A stretch of 64,000 nucleotides of DNA from a bacterium (GTDB lineage: Bacteria; Patescibacteriota; Minisyncoccia; Phycocordibacterales; UBA9973): assembly GCA_037143195.1 (NCBI GenBank), contig JBAWZD010000002.1, forward strand, positions 207,157 to 271,156. Direction: 5' to 3'. Each line of letters starts with the position of its first letter. Position 1 is the first letter of the stretch. Position numbers and translations under genes: made by a program. Shown here piece after piece: positions 47,836 to 58,973 of the stretch. The notes under the pieces were generated by a model, which saw only the letters and a list, made by a program, of their open reading frames with translations, did no database searches and had not been told where the DNA came from.

Positions 47836-48756
47836 ATGGAATCAAAATCAAAAAGCCTGTTTTCTGGGCCTCTACTCATTGTTATCGCCGCACTCCTTTG
47901 GGGTATCGACGGTATTTTGCGTCGTTCACTCTATACGCTTCCACCAATCACGATTGTGTTCTTTGAGCATTTGATTGGCTTTGTAATTTTGTTCCCATTC
48001 ATTTGGAAGAGTTTTAAGACAGAAACATTGTCAAAGAAAGAATGGTCTGCGATCGTGTTTGTCGCGCTTCTCTCGGGTCTTCTCGGTACGCTTTGGTTTA
48101 CGACTGCATTGCTCGATACGATGTTCATTTCTTTTTCTGTTGTATTTTTGCTCCAGAAATTACAACCAATTTTTGCCATCACAACTGCACGTATTTTTCT
48201 CAAAGAACGAGTCGGCAAAGGATATCGTCTCTGGGCACTCCTTGCGCTCGTCGCCGCGTATTTTGTCACGTTTCCAAACGGTGTCGTGAATTTTAAAACA
48301 GGCGCAGGTACGATCATCGCCGCACTCTTTGCTATTGGTGCGGCCTTCGCATGGGGCACATCGACGACATTTTCCAAGATTGCACTTCGTGATCGCTCGA
48401 GCAATTACATTACTGCACTGCGATTTTTGCTCACACTCGTGATGGCATTCGTCGGAGTGCTTCTCCTCGGCAAAGCGCCAAGTCTCTCGACTATCAATCA
48501 CACACAGATTCTCACGCTCGTCGTCATCGCGCTCTCAAGTGGTATGGTCTCACTCCTGATTTATTACCGCGGACTCAAGACGACGCCGGTGTCTGTCTCG
48601 ACTATTCTTGAATTATTTTATCCACTCGTTGCCGTCGTGATCGACGTAGTCTTGTATCACAACGTGCTCGCATGGTCACAATATCTCGCCGCAGCAATCT
48701 TGCTCTACGCAATGTACCGCGTCGGCAAACTCGCACACGATCCAGTTTCGGCGTAG
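47836..48756 (+). CDS. EamA/DMT family transporter
   Basis: EamA duplication. Confidence 0.7.
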   Translation: MESKSKSLFSGPLLIVIAALLWGIDGILRRSLYTLPPITIVFFEHLIGFVILFPFIWKSFKTETLSKKEWSAIVFVALLSGLLGTLWFTTALLDTMFISFSVVFLLQKLQPIFAITTARIFLKERVGKGYRLWALLALVAAYFVTFPNGVVNFKTGAGTIIAALFAIGAAFAWGTSTTFSKIALRDRSSNYITALRFLLTLVMAFVGVLLLGKAPSLSTINHTQILTLVVIALSSGMVSLLIYYRGLKTTPVSVSTILELFYPLVAVVIDVVLYHNVLAWSQYLAAAILLYAMYRVGKLAHDPVSA

Positions 48757-48764
48757 AAATATGT

Positions 48765-49142
48765 ATGATGCATTTTGAGTCCACAACAGTTCATGGTTAC
48801 GGGAGAGGCAAAGGACTTGGTTTCCCGACTATTAACATGGTTGTACCTCTGCACGGATTTTCTGACATGCGCCACGGTGTGTACGCAGCACGCGCGAATG
48901 TGGACGGCGTGGAGTACGGTGGAGCCCTCTACTATGGTCCCGCACCAACATTCGACCAAAACGAAATCGCACTTGAGATTTATTTGCTCGACGCACCACA
49001 TTTTTCGATCGAAAAAGGCGCTCCTGTCGCAGTCGATATCGTTCAATTCATTCGACCCGTCATGAAATTTGATACGCCAGAACTTCTCGTGCAACAAATG
49101 CAGAGAGATGAGCAGGCGATACGGCAGGTTCTCAAAATTTAG
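48765..49142 (+). CDS. monofunctional riboflavin kinase domain protein
   Basis: GYGRGKGLGFPTIN motif. Confidence 0.7.
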   Translation: MMHFESTTVHGYGRGKGLGFPTINMVVPLHGFSDMRHGVYAARANVDGVEYGGALYYGPAPTFDQNEIALEIYLLDAPHFSIEKGAPVAVDIVQFIRPVMKFDTPELLVQQMQRDEQAIRQVLKI

Positions 49143-49170
49143 TTGATTGATATCATAAAATTAGCGTCTA

Positions 49171-49198
49171 AAACAGCCCCAGAACATCGGGGCTGTTT
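49171..49198 (+). terminator. intrinsic terminator aaacagcccc-agaacatc-ggggctgtttttt
   Basis: stem plus T-tract. Confidence 0.7.
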
Positions 49199-49235
49199 TT
49201 TATCTGAAATATCAATTTTGTGCTATAACTACACT

Positions 49236-51809
49236 ATGAAATCAAAGAAATTAGCGACCCAATCTGTGCGACTTTCGGGAGCGGTTGTGCCGACCAATTA
49301 CCGTGTGTTTTTGCACCCAGACCTTGAGGCTCATACCTTTTCGGGCGAGGAGACTATTTCGCTTTTGGTGGTGAAGCCGGCGAAGGAAATTACGCTTCAT
49401 TCGAGCGAGCTCGCGATAGCGAGCGTGAGTGTGCAGTTCGGCAAAGAAACACATTCGGTTGCAAAGATTTCGTACGATACAAAATCCGAAACAGCAACGT
49501 TTCATTTCACAAAACCAATTCCAAAGGGCAAAGCAAAACTCACCATCGCATGGACCGGAATTCTCAAAGACAACATGCGTGGATTTTACAAGAGTCGCTA
49601 CGTTGTCGATGGTGCTGAGCGATTCATGGCAACAACGCAATTTGAGGCGACTGATGCGCGTCGTTGTTTGCCGTGTTTTGACGAGCCAGCAATCAAAGCA
49701 ACATTTGAAGTATCACTCGCCGTCGCGGGAGACAGAACTGCGATTTCAAATACGCTTCCTGAGGCAGTGCGTGAACACGAAGCAGGATACAAAATCATTT
49801 CATTTGCTCCGACACCTAAAATGTCGACCTATTTGCTTGCGTTCATCGTCGGAGATTTTGAAGCAATCGAGCAGAAGACGAAGTCGGGCGTACTCGTTCG
49901 TGTACTGACTGTGCCGGGCAAAAGTCATCAAGCACAATTTGCACTTGACGTGACTGTGCGCTGTTTGGAATTTTACGAATCATATTTCCAGATTCGCTAT
50001 CCGCTCAATACGCTCGACATGATTGCGATTCCGGATTTTGCGTCACTTGCGATGGAAAACTGGGGAGCGATTACGTTTCGAGAAATAGGGTTACTCGTTG
50101 ATGAAGCAAACACTTCGACCTCGACCAAAGAGCTCGTCGCCGAAGTTATTGCTCACGAACTCGCACACCAATGGTTTGGCAATCTTGTCACCATGGAATG
50201 GTGGACGCATTTGTGGCTCAACGAAGGATTTGCGTCATATATTCCATATCTCGCGCTCACCGAACTTTTCCCGGAATGGAATGTGTGGGACAAATTTGCG
50301 ACCGACACACTTGCCACCGCACTCAAACTCGACGCACTCGAACACACGCATCCAATCGAAGTCGACGTGCATCACCCAAATGAAATTGGTGAGATTTTTG
50401 ACGCGGTTTCATATTCAAAAGGCGCATCAGTCATTCGCATGCTCGCCGAATATCTCGGCGCGAAGATGTTCCAGAAGGGTCTCACGTACTACCTCAAGAA
50501 GCACAGCTACGCGAATGCAAGTACGATCGACTTGTGGGATGCATTTGAGAAGGTATCAAAGAAGCCTGTCAAAAAGATGATGGCAGTCTGGACCAAGCAA
50601 AGTGGCTATCCGCTTGTTTCGATTGAAGACATGGGCACGAAATGTGTCGTGAGCCAAAAGCGATTTTTCTCAAGTTCGGCAAGTGCCAAAAAATCAAAAG
50701 AGAGTACGACATGGCCAATTCCTCTTTCGTATGTCACCGAAAAAGGGGAGAAGCAACTCGATCTCATGACCAAGAAAAAATTGGTTATGCCAAAGCCGAA
50801 TGCGCTTTGGCATAAATGGAACGCACACGAAGGCTCACTGTATCGCGTGCGTTACAGTGAATCTCTCCTCTTTGCGCTCGGCGACGGTATCGTCAAAAAA
50901 CAATTGTCACCGAGTGATCGTCTTGGAATTATTCGTGATTTGTTTGCACTCGCTGAAGCAGGTGAAGTACCGACGACGACCGTGCTCCAATTCGCCAAGC
51001 TCTACAAAGATGAGACAGAATATATCGTGTGGGTAGAGATTGTGTCTGGTATGCGATATATTGCAAACCTTCTGTATGGATCACCTTCGTACAAACCATT
51101 TCGTGCATATGCTCGAGAAATGTTCCACGCTGTGGCGACACGAATTGGATTTGATGCGAAACCAAACGAATCACATGACACGACATTGCTTCGACCGCTC
51201 GTGCTCGGATCGGCATCGTTCTTCGGCGACGAGATTGTCATCACCGAAGCATTGAAACGATTTACTGAACACGCAAAGCGACCAATCAATCCTGATATTC
51301 GCGGAGTCATTTATGCAACAGTTGCGCGTACAGGAGGAGAAAAAGAATATGCACAATTGCTCGCTATGTATCGCGCCGAGACATTGCATGAGGAAAAGAA
51401 TCGTTTGCTTGGAGCGCTCGGTATTTTTCAAGACAAGAAATTGCTCGCAAAGACGCTCGCATTCACAATGACAGACGAAGTCCGCATGCAAGATCGCAAT
51501 GGCGCATTTGCAAGTGTGCTTGTAAATCCGGCAGGCCGCGCGCTTGGCTGGCAGTATCTTAAGAAAAATTGGGACAAAATTGGTGCATCATACGGTGAAG
51601 GCAATCATTTGCTCTCGCGCCTCATCCAAGTACTCAATCGCAACACGACTCGCGACGCATACACCGATATCAAAACATTCTTCAAGACACATTCCGCTCC
51701 CGCAGCAGAACGCACGACACTTCAAACACTTGAGAATATTGATTCAAATATTCGTTGGCTCGCGCGCGATGAGAAAAAAATCGAGCAGTGGTTCAAAGCA
51801 GAGAAATAA
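49236..51809 (+). CDS. pepN: M1-family aminopeptidase N
   Basis: HELAHQWFGN...NEGFASY (HEXXH-x18-E), GAMEN. Confidence 0.9.
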   Translation: MKSKKLATQSVRLSGAVVPTNYRVFLHPDLEAHTFSGEETISLLVVKPAKEITLHSSELAIASVSVQFGKETHSVAKISYDTKSETATFHFTKPIPKGKAKLTIAWTGILKDNMRGFYKSRYVVDGAERFMATTQFEATDARRCLPCFDEPAIKATFEVSLAVAGDRTAISNTLPEAVREHEAGYKIISFAPTPKMSTYLLAFIVGDFEAIEQKTKSGVLVRVLTVPGKSHQAQFALDVTVRCLEFYESYFQIRYPLNTLDMIAIPDFASLAMENWGAITFREIGLLVDEANTSTSTKELVAEVIAHELAHQWFGNLVTMEWWTHLWLNEGFASYIPYLALTELFPEWNVWDKFATDTLATALKLDALEHTHPIEVDVHHPNEIGEIFDAVSYSKGASVIRMLAEYLGAKMFQKGLTYYLKKHSYANASTIDLWDAFEKVSKKPVKKMMAVWTKQSGYPLVSIEDMGTKCVVSQKRFFSSSASAKKSKESTTWPIPLSYVTEKGEKQLDLMTKKKLVMPKPNALWHKWNAHEGSLYRVRYSESLLFALGDGIVKKQLSPSDRLGIIRDLFALAEAGEVPTTTVLQFAKLYKDETEYIVWVEIVSGMRYIANLLYGSPSYKPFRAYAREMFHAVATRIGFDAKPNESHDTTLLRPLVLGSASFFGDEIVITEALKRFTEHAKRPINPDIRGVIYATVARTGGEKEYAQLLAMYRAETLHEEKNRLLGALGIFQDKKLLAKTLAFTMTDEVRMQDRNGAFASVLVNPAGRALGWQYLKKNWDKIGASYGEGNHLLSRLIQVLNRNTTRDAYTDIKTFFKTHSAPAAERTTLQTLENIDSNIRWLARDEKKIEQWFKAEK

Positions 51810-51812
51810 TGT

Positions 51813-52667
51813 ATGTGGATATTGTACGCGAGTATTTCAATGCTGAGTTCGTCGATCAGGCGTGTGTATGACAAACGACTCACGAGTCACTTCGGCAATG
51901 TGTCGATGCCATTGGTGATCAATATTTTTTCGCTGTTTACACTGCTTCCACTCGTGTTTTTCTTCCCAATGCCACACGATATCTGGCATCTCTCGGTACG
52001 ATTTTGGATTCCACTCCTCCTTTCAGCCGTTGTTGTATATCCGCTGCAGGTCTATTTCTATGTGCGCGCTGTACGAGAAGGGGAATTGTCTGCCGTTGCT
52101 CCGCTCATGACGATTACGCCAATTTTTAATATCGTAACGTCGCTTGTGTTGCTTGGAGAAATTCCGTCACGCATCGGAGTGCTTGGTATTGCAAGTATTG
52201 CCGTTGGAGTCTATTTGCTTCTTGAGAAAAAAATTCCGACAAAAGTGAAGTGGAGACCAGAAGTCATTATGGCAGTGTCGATGTTTTTCTACGCACTTGC
52301 GAGTTCGCTCGACAAGATTGCGATCACAGCTTCAACGGCAGTTTTTTACAGTGTCGTGAATATGATCATCTCGATTCTTGTGTTGTTTGTGTATGTATAT
52401 ATGTCAGGCCAGCAAAATGATCTCAAGAAAATGAGACCACTATTCAAAAACATTTTATTGGTTGGCTCACTACTGACTGTATCGTTTGTCGGTGCAGAGC
52501 TTGCCTTCTCATATGGTCCAACAGCCTACGTGCTCGCGATTCGCAACGGCGCATTCGTACTCACGACGATTTGGGCCGTCATCAAACTCAAAGAATCATT
52601 CTCACTTCAAAAGGGTATCGCAATCGCACTCTTTTTTGCCGGTGGACTCATGCTCGCGTTTGCGTAA
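51813..52667 (+). CDS. EamA-like membrane protein
   Basis: hydrophobic duplicated profile. Confidence 0.6.
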   Translation: MWILYASISMLSSSIRRVYDKRLTSHFGNVSMPLVINIFSLFTLLPLVFFFPMPHDIWHLSVRFWIPLLLSAVVVYPLQVYFYVRAVREGELSAVAPLMTITPIFNIVTSLVLLGEIPSRIGVLGIASIAVGVYLLLEKKIPTKVKWRPEVIMAVSMFFYALASSLDKIAITASTAVFYSVVNMIISILVLFVYVYMSGQQNDLKKMRPLFKNILLVGSLLTVSFVGAELAFSYGPTAYVLAIRNGAFVLTTIWAVIKLKESFSLQKGIAIALFFAGGLMLAFA

Positions 52668-52692
52668 TTTTGTCTGTATACTCTGCATATAT

Positions 52693-54474
52693 ATGATGAA
52701 AAAACAGAATCTTATTGGCGCGGGAGTCATTGTGCTCGTGAGTATCGGGAGTTTTTTCTTTTGGAAGTATTGGGATAAGCATGAAGCACTTTTGGCAAAT
52801 CGCGAAGGGGTGACAGACGATTCTGTGCAGAATATACAATTCCCACTACCAACACCACAAATACAATCACCAGATTTGCCATCGGTAATGATGCAAAATG
52901 ACCCTGAAGCCAAACCTTTGTATCTTTCAGTTGTGTGGAGTACTCCAGTAGAAATTTCACAACCTGATATCATCAAGAAAGATCATTTTCTCGCGCAAGA
53001 TGATACCTATTTTTTTGCCGAGGTAGCGAAAAAAACTCATTTTTACAAACTTGGCACGGTAACAGGAGATACCTATGATGGCGCGACTGTTTTGCTCGTC
53101 AAGACCGTTTCAGAGGGTCCCGGAGGAGACAATTATCAGAAAATGCTGCAAACCAAAGATGGCTACGTCGTGTTTGGTGGCTCAGGATTGCAGTACTATT
53201 TTGACGCATCAAAAATCAAGATTGATGTCGGACACACGTTCGCAACGAAAGATACAGAAGTACCACGAACAATTCAAGACAAGCAGACAGGAAAGACATT
53301 TCTGCTTCCATATACTGCTGAGCAACAAGGCCCATTCAAGGGTGCTTTTGGTCAGCAAGACAAAATATTTTTTGATCCAAAAGGACTCACACTCGCATTC
53401 ACTGACCCTGTCGTCGGACCAGTGTATTTTGCTTCAAAAAATCAAAGTTCGATTCCACAGGAATATTCCAATCATGGTTTTTATGTTGGTCTTCCTGATG
53501 GGAGTTTTGTGACATATGGTGAACAATTTTTTGGAAATAAAGAACTCTTTTCTTTCGACACTTTTACTCCTCCTATTACATGGAATGGTGGAATAAAAAA
53601 TACGGCGAAATATGTTCCGTCACAACAAACAGGATGTGGTACTCAGTATTTGGTTGATGTCGTAAACGATGAGGCGGGTATTAATGATTTGGTTTTTGCG
53701 GGGAAGGCCGACACCGGCGAGAAAATCTTCTTACTCAAGGACGAGAATGCGAAATCGCTTAAACAATTTTTTGAGGAAGTGAACAATGCTACGAATGGTC
53801 GCTATGCTATTTATTCTCCGATGAGTTACCGTCAGTTTATTGATGCGCGACCGTTCTTGTTTATGATTGATCCATACGGACGCATCGTTCGTTTTTTTAG
53901 TGACGATGTATTTCAGCCAACTGGTGGTTGTGGCAAACCCGTGATTTATCTTTATCCACAAAATGCGGAAACTGTTTCGGTCAAAATCGCACCTCAGGGC
54001 GGATTCACCAAGACAGAACCAGCGTACGGCACAGGTTGGACGGTATTCGCCAAACCGAATGGTGAACTCAAGAATCTTTCGGATGGAAAATCGTATCCGT
54101 ATCTCTTCTGGGAAGGACACGGAGGTCTCTATCAAACTCCAGACAAAGGTTTCGTTGTTGCCCAAAACGATGTGCACACATTTCTCGTCTCGAAACTCAC
54201 TGAACTCGGCTTGAATACAAAAGAAACGGCAGACTTTATCGAATTTTGGGAGCCTCGCATGACTGGTTCTCCATACTATTTTGTTACGTTCCTCGGAAAT
54301 CAAACCATGGATCAAATTGCACCGCTCTCAATCAGTCCAAAACCAGACACCGTCATTCGTATTTTGATGGACTTCACTCCATTGACTACACCGAAACATT
54401 TCGATCCGATTACGATACACACGCCGATACGAAAAGGATTTACTGTTGTTGAGTGGGGAGGGGTTTTGCGATAA
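52693..54474 (+). CDS. secreted/anchored hypothetical protein (593 aa)
   Basis: N-terminal TM MMKKQNLIGAGVIVLV; start chosen to avoid overlap with upstream gene. Confidence 0.55.
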   Translation: MMKKQNLIGAGVIVLVSIGSFFFWKYWDKHEALLANREGVTDDSVQNIQFPLPTPQIQSPDLPSVMMQNDPEAKPLYLSVVWSTPVEISQPDIIKKDHFLAQDDTYFFAEVAKKTHFYKLGTVTGDTYDGATVLLVKTVSEGPGGDNYQKMLQTKDGYVVFGGSGLQYYFDASKIKIDVGHTFATKDTEVPRTIQDKQTGKTFLLPYTAEQQGPFKGAFGQQDKIFFDPKGLTLAFTDPVVGPVYFASKNQSSIPQEYSNHGFYVGLPDGSFVTYGEQFFGNKELFSFDTFTPPITWNGGIKNTAKYVPSQQTGCGTQYLVDVVNDEAGINDLVFAGKADTGEKIFLLKDENAKSLKQFFEEVNNATNGRYAIYSPMSYRQFIDARPFLFMIDPYGRIVRFFSDDVFQPTGGCGKPVIYLYPQNAETVSVKIAPQGGFTKTEPAYGTGWTVFAKPNGELKNLSDGKSYPYLFWEGHGGLYQTPDKGFVVAQNDVHTFLVSKLTELGLNTKETADFIEFWEPRMTGSPYYFVTFLGNQTMDQIAPLSISPKPDTVIRILMDFTPLTTPKHFDPITIHTPIRKGFTVVEWGGVLR

Positions 54475-54496
54475 ATATTTGTGGTAGAATTGGCGC

Positions 54497-55321
54497 GTGA
54501 AAAAATCGGAAATCCAGAAATTCCAAAAACTCATACTCGATTGGTACGCTCGCGAAGGTCGGCATGATTTGCCATGGAGGAAGACAACGAATCCGTATCG
54601 AATCCTTGTATCTGAGGTCATGCTCCAGCAGACGCAGGTTGAGCGGGTCGTGCCCAAATATCGGGCTTTTTTGAAACGATTCCCGAATATTGTGTCGCTC
54701 GCGAGGGCCCCACTTGCGGACGTTCTAGCCCTTTGGAGCGGGCTTGGCTACAATCGCCGTGCTCTCTATCTCAAACGCGCTGGAGAGGCGATTATAGCCC
54801 TTCATAAGGGGGTCTTTCCGAAGGACGCCGAGACGCTTGAGACTCTCCCGGGGATTGGTCCCTATACGGCCCGTGCCGTTGCAACCTTTTCGCACGATGC
54901 TTCGTATATATTCATTGAGACCAATATTCGTCGGGTCTTTATTCATACCTTTTTCGAAGACAAAAAGAACATACCAGACAGCGAACTTATTCCATGCATC
55001 CGAGCGACCCTTCCCAAGGGTACATCTCCGCGCGAATGGTATTGGGCGCTCATGGATTATGGAAGTCATTTAAAAAAGACCGTCCCGAATCCAAACAAGC
55101 GCAGTGCCCATTACCTCAAGCAGAGCACGTTTCGCGGATCAGTCCGCGAACTCCGTGGCGAGTTTGTTAGAATCTGCACTCAAAAGGCAGTTTCAAAACG
55201 AACCTTACTTGCGCCATATATGAAAACGGATGAAGCGCGTGCCCGAAAGGCGCTTGATGGATTGGTGAGCGACGGTATTCTTGACGTTGATACTCGGGGG
55301 TATGTTAAAATTGCGAAATGA
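54497..55321 (+). CDS. HhH-GPD DNA glycosylase (MutY/endonuclease III-like, no NUDIX domain)
   Basis: LPGIGPYTARAV HhH motif, MutY-like N-terminus. Confidence 0.7.
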   Translation: MKKSEIQKFQKLILDWYAREGRHDLPWRKTTNPYRILVSEVMLQQTQVERVVPKYRAFLKRFPNIVSLARAPLADVLALWSGLGYNRRALYLKRAGEAIIALHKGVFPKDAETLETLPGIGPYTARAVATFSHDASYIFIETNIRRVFIHTFFEDKKNIPDSELIPCIRATLPKGTSPREWYWALMDYGSHLKKTVPNPNKRSAHYLKQSTFRGSVRELRGEFVRICTQKAVSKRTLLAPYMKTDEARARKALDGLVSDGILDVDTRGYVKIAK

Positions 55322-55349
55322 TTATTAAGTTTTAATACAATAAGTAGTT

Positions 55350-56660
55350 ATGGATATCCATTCGTTTAAACAGTTGTGTGAGCGTCCTATCGTCAAGACT
55401 ATTCTTGCGAGTGCCTTGACCGTTATTGTTATTCTTTTGATAACTTCTGCTGTTATTTGGCGCGAGCGTGGACGCATTTTTACGTACTTCGCGCGTGGCT
55501 ATGCGCAGTCAGTTGCATCGGCTGAACACAAAAATGATCCAAAGACAGGACTTCCTGAATTACAGCCAGAATTACCGGCCGTATTTTCTACAGAGTCCAC
55601 TGTCGAAAACGCTGTTCAATCTGCTAACCCAGCTGTCGTCGCTATTACGATTTCAAAGCAAGTGCCACAATACACGACGTCATATCAAAACGTCGATCCA
55701 TTCCAGCAATTTTTCGGTGGTGATGGCAGTAACCCATTCGGCAATTTCCAATTTCAAGTTCCAACTCAAACTCCAAACGGAACGAAAGAGCAAGAAGTCG
55801 GAGCCGGATCAGGTTTCATTGTTTCTTCCGATGGCTTGATCGTGACCAATCGACATGTCGTTGAAGACAAGACGGCGAAATACACAGTCTTCCTTTCAAA
55901 CGGCAAGAAGTACGATGCAAAAGTCCTTGCACGTGACGCTATCCTTGACGTTGCAGTGGTAAAGATCGAAGCGAGTGGTTTGCCATATCTTCCACTCGGC
56001 AATTCTGATGCACTCAAGCTCGGTCAAAGTGTGATTGCGATTGGGAATGCGCTTGGTCAATTCCAAAATACAATTTCAGTTGGAGTTGTGTCGGGACTAT
56101 CTCGCTCAATTACCGCAGGTGATCAGTCTGGTTCGTCTGAATCGCTCGACCATGTTATCCAAACTGATGCCGCGATTAACCCAGGCAACTCAGGCGGACC
56201 ACTCCTCGATCTCGAAGGTCATGTAATTGGTGTTGATACTGCAATCGTTCAAGGTTCACAAAATATTGGCTTCGCACTTCCAATCAACAGTATCAAAACA
56301 GTGATTGATTCGGTTCGCACGACAGGCAAAATCGTTCGTCCATATCTCGGCATTCGTTACCAAGTCATTACACCCGAGATGAAAGACAAGAATAATCTCA
56401 CGGTTGATTCCGGAGTCATTGTTCAAAAAGGGTCAGACAAGAGCGAGCTTGCTGTTATCCCAGGATCACCTGCAGACAAAGCTGGTATTGTCGAGAACGA
56501 TATCATCACTGAAGTCGACGGTACGAAGCTCGATAGCGATCATGATTTGGCTCAAATGATTCGTGCGAAAAAAGTCGGGGACAGTGTTGTGCTCACCGTG
56601 CTCGGAAAAGGCACACAGAAAAAAGTCACGGTCGTTCTTCAGGCCGCTCCGCAGGAATAA
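55350..56660 (+). CDS. HtrA/DegP-family serine protease with PDZ domain
   Basis: GNSGGPLLDLEGHVIGV. Confidence 0.85.
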   Translation: MDIHSFKQLCERPIVKTILASALTVIVILLITSAVIWRERGRIFTYFARGYAQSVASAEHKNDPKTGLPELQPELPAVFSTESTVENAVQSANPAVVAITISKQVPQYTTSYQNVDPFQQFFGGDGSNPFGNFQFQVPTQTPNGTKEQEVGAGSGFIVSSDGLIVTNRHVVEDKTAKYTVFLSNGKKYDAKVLARDAILDVAVVKIEASGLPYLPLGNSDALKLGQSVIAIGNALGQFQNTISVGVVSGLSRSITAGDQSGSSESLDHVIQTDAAINPGNSGGPLLDLEGHVIGVDTAIVQGSQNIGFALPINSIKTVIDSVRTTGKIVRPYLGIRYQVITPEMKDKNNLTVDSGVIVQKGSDKSELAVIPGSPADKAGIVENDIITEVDGTKLDSDHDLAQMIRAKKVGDSVVLTVLGKGTQKKVTVVLQAAPQE

Positions 56661-56686
56661 AAAGTGCGTAAAAAAAATAAGCATCA

Positions 56687-56711
56687 CTCGGTTATCTGAG
56701 CGATGCTTATT
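56687..56711 (+). terminator. intrinsic terminator after the HtrA-family protease gene
   Basis: aataagcatc...gatgcttatt then T-rich. Confidence 0.55.
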
Positions 56712-57119
56712 TTATTGTTCATGCAAGTTGAGCTAAATTTGTTGTCAAATGATTTTCAATTAGGACGAGGTCCTCACTGCTGAATGATTGTACCTCAAGT
56801 ACCATATCTGTGACATAAAAAGTAATCGTCACTTTTGTTTCTGTTGTGACTTCTGTGGCATTGTTTTGAATCAGATATGCAATGCTTCCTGCTGTAGGAT
56901 TTTTTACTTTTTTAATCTTAAAGCAATACTCATCATTGTTTTCGAGTTCTTGAAAAGCCTGATGTATCTCTTTTTCTAGCCTGTTTTTTTGCTTGGTAAG
57001 CCAAACCGAATTGTTGAGTTGTGAGACATGAAAGTAATTTTTGGTTTGTTTTCACATTACTGATTGAAGTCATTTTTGTCAAATTTCGGCTCATGACGTC
57101 ACTTGGGTATACTATCCTT

Positions 57120-57761
57120 ATGCATATCAAAAAAATTGGCCATTGTTGTCTTGTTATAAACACCGGCTCCGTCACTATCATGACTGATCCAGGTGGCTTT
57201 AGTACGGCGCAGAACGACGTGCGGGGTATCGATATCGTACTCGTTACCCATGAGCATCACGATCATTTTCACATTGATTCAGTGAAGCAAATCATTGCGA
57301 ATAATCCGAACGTAAAAATCATCACCAATGCTACTGTTGGCGCTCTTTTGACCGCAGAGAATATTCCATTTGAATGTGTCGCACAAGGAGGAGAAAACAA
57401 AGCTCACGGGGCTCATATCGAAGGCTACGGATGTACGCACGCGACGATATATCAAGACATGGGTCAGACAGAGAATACTGGATACTTTATCGATGGCAAA
57501 CTTTTCTATCCAGGAGATGCATTTACGAATCCAAATCGTCCTATTGATATTCTCGCGCTTCCATCAGCTGGTCCGTGGATGAAGGTAAGTGATGCAATTA
57601 CCTATGCATGTATGCTTAAACCACGTGTGGCCTTTCCGGTACACGATGCGATCATGAGTCAGCACTTCGTTGGATTCTTACATGGAATGCTTGAGAAAAT
57701 ACTCAGTCAAAATTCGGTGACCTTTATCGGATTGAAAGAGGGAGAAGAAAAAGATTTTTAG
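57120..57761 (+). CDS. MBL-fold metallo-hydrolase (alternative start 57093)
   Basis: HEHHDH motif; tatact -10 at 57107-57112 suggests near-leaderless start. Confidence 0.65.
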   Translation: MHIKKIGHCCLVINTGSVTIMTDPGGFSTAQNDVRGIDIVLVTHEHHDHFHIDSVKQIIANNPNVKIITNATVGALLTAENIPFECVAQGGENKAHGAHIEGYGCTHATIYQDMGQTENTGYFIDGKLFYPGDAFTNPNRPIDILALPSAGPWMKVSDAITYACMLKPRVAFPVHDAIMSQHFVGFLHGMLEKILSQNSVTFIGLKEGEEKDF

Positions 57762-58945
57762 TCTCGGTGTGAAGGTACCCACCATGTCTCGTTTTTTTCG
57801 AGATAGAATGATACAACGAAACCAATCATGAGGATGATGCCGAGGACGGCGAAAATCATTTGAAAGGGAAGGACGGCGAGCGCAAGCGCTCCAAGGAGTG
57901 GTGCGAGGACATACGAGAGTGGTCGCACATCTGCGAAGAGGGCGATAACACCAGGGTCGTCTTCTTTTGCGACTTTGAAGAAATGAATCTCTGTCATTGC
58001 TTCGACTGTTGCTGCTCCGATACGTGAGATGAAAAGGAGTGCTCCAACAGTCAGTGCTGTAGGTGTATTGAGGAGTGCGAGTGAAAAGACGCTTCCTGCC
58101 ATGAGCAAGAATCCAAGAGCGGAGAGTTCTTTTTCACTGCCAAGCCAATCAGCAATCTTGCCGAGTGGGTAGTCGAGTATCACAAAGGTTGCGAGCATGA
58201 CGGAGAAAATTATTCCGATCGTATCCCATGAGAATCCGAGATATTTCGAGAGATAGATTGGCGTATAGACGACCATCCATGCGTAAAAGAATTGCAGAAT
58301 GAAGTTTGCCGAAATTACATTGCGGAGTGTACGCGTGCGGAGCGTGTGACGAAAGGCACTTTCGAATTTTCCAAAGTCATAGGTCGTATCTTTGTACTCA
58401 CCGAGACCGATATATGTCGCGATTGCGAGCACTGCAAAAATAGCGAGACCAAGTACATATGTTCCCGCGTATCCACCGAGGTCGATGACTTTGCCTGCGC
58501 AAAACGGCCCGAGCATGATACCGACGTTTCCAAGCAGAAGGAAGAAGCCACGTGCAAGACCGCGCCCTTTTTTGGGTTCAAGATGATGAAAGAAAATATT
58601 GAGTGAGAACAAAAGCATGTTCATCGTGACGAGATACACGATGAGTGCAACGACATGCAAAATAGTGTTTACTGGTGCTGACAATACGAGAAGAGAGAGT
58701 GCGTAGCATGTTCCGCTCGCAAAGAAGTACATTTTGTTTCCGTATCGTTTGAGCGTTGGTCCTGCTTTCGTCAATATGAGAATACTTACGATTGCACTGA
58801 GCGCATACAGCAATCCAACCTTTTCAGGACCAATACTATTTTCAATATAACTTGAGTTTGTGTAGAGCGTTACTGCTCCGGCAAACGAAAAAAGAAAATT
58901 AATGAGATACACTACTCCGCGCATGCGGATCGTCTTTTTGTGCAT
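57758..58945 (-). CDS. MFS transporter
   Basis: 12-TM profile. Confidence 0.8.
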   Translation of the reverse strand: MHKKTIRMRGVVYLINFLFSFAGAVTLYTNSSYIENSIGPEKVGLLYALSAIVSILILTKAGPTLKRYGNKMYFFASGTCYALSLLVLSAPVNTILHVVALIVYLVTMNMLLFSLNIFFHHLEPKKGRGLARGFFLLLGNVGIMLGPFCAGKVIDLGGYAGTYVLGLAIFAVLAIATYIGLGEYKDTTYDFGKFESAFRHTLRTRTLRNVISANFILQFFYAWMVVYTPIYLSKYLGFSWDTIGIIFSVMLATFVILDYPLGKIADWLGSEKELSALGFLLMAGSVFSLALLNTPTALTVGALLFISRIGAATVEAMTEIHFFKVAKEDDPGVIALFADVRPLSYVLAPLLGALALAVLPFQMIFAVLGIILMIGFVVSFYLEKNETWWVPSHRD

Positions 58946-58973
58946 GTGTATATTTTAGCAGAGTATATGTTAT

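Noticed and set aside
56788-56979. Cys-rich 63-aa plus-strand ORF in the htrA-MBL intergenic region
   Set aside because: Low-complexity Cys/Phe-rich translation in an AT-rich spacer; no RBS or promoter context.
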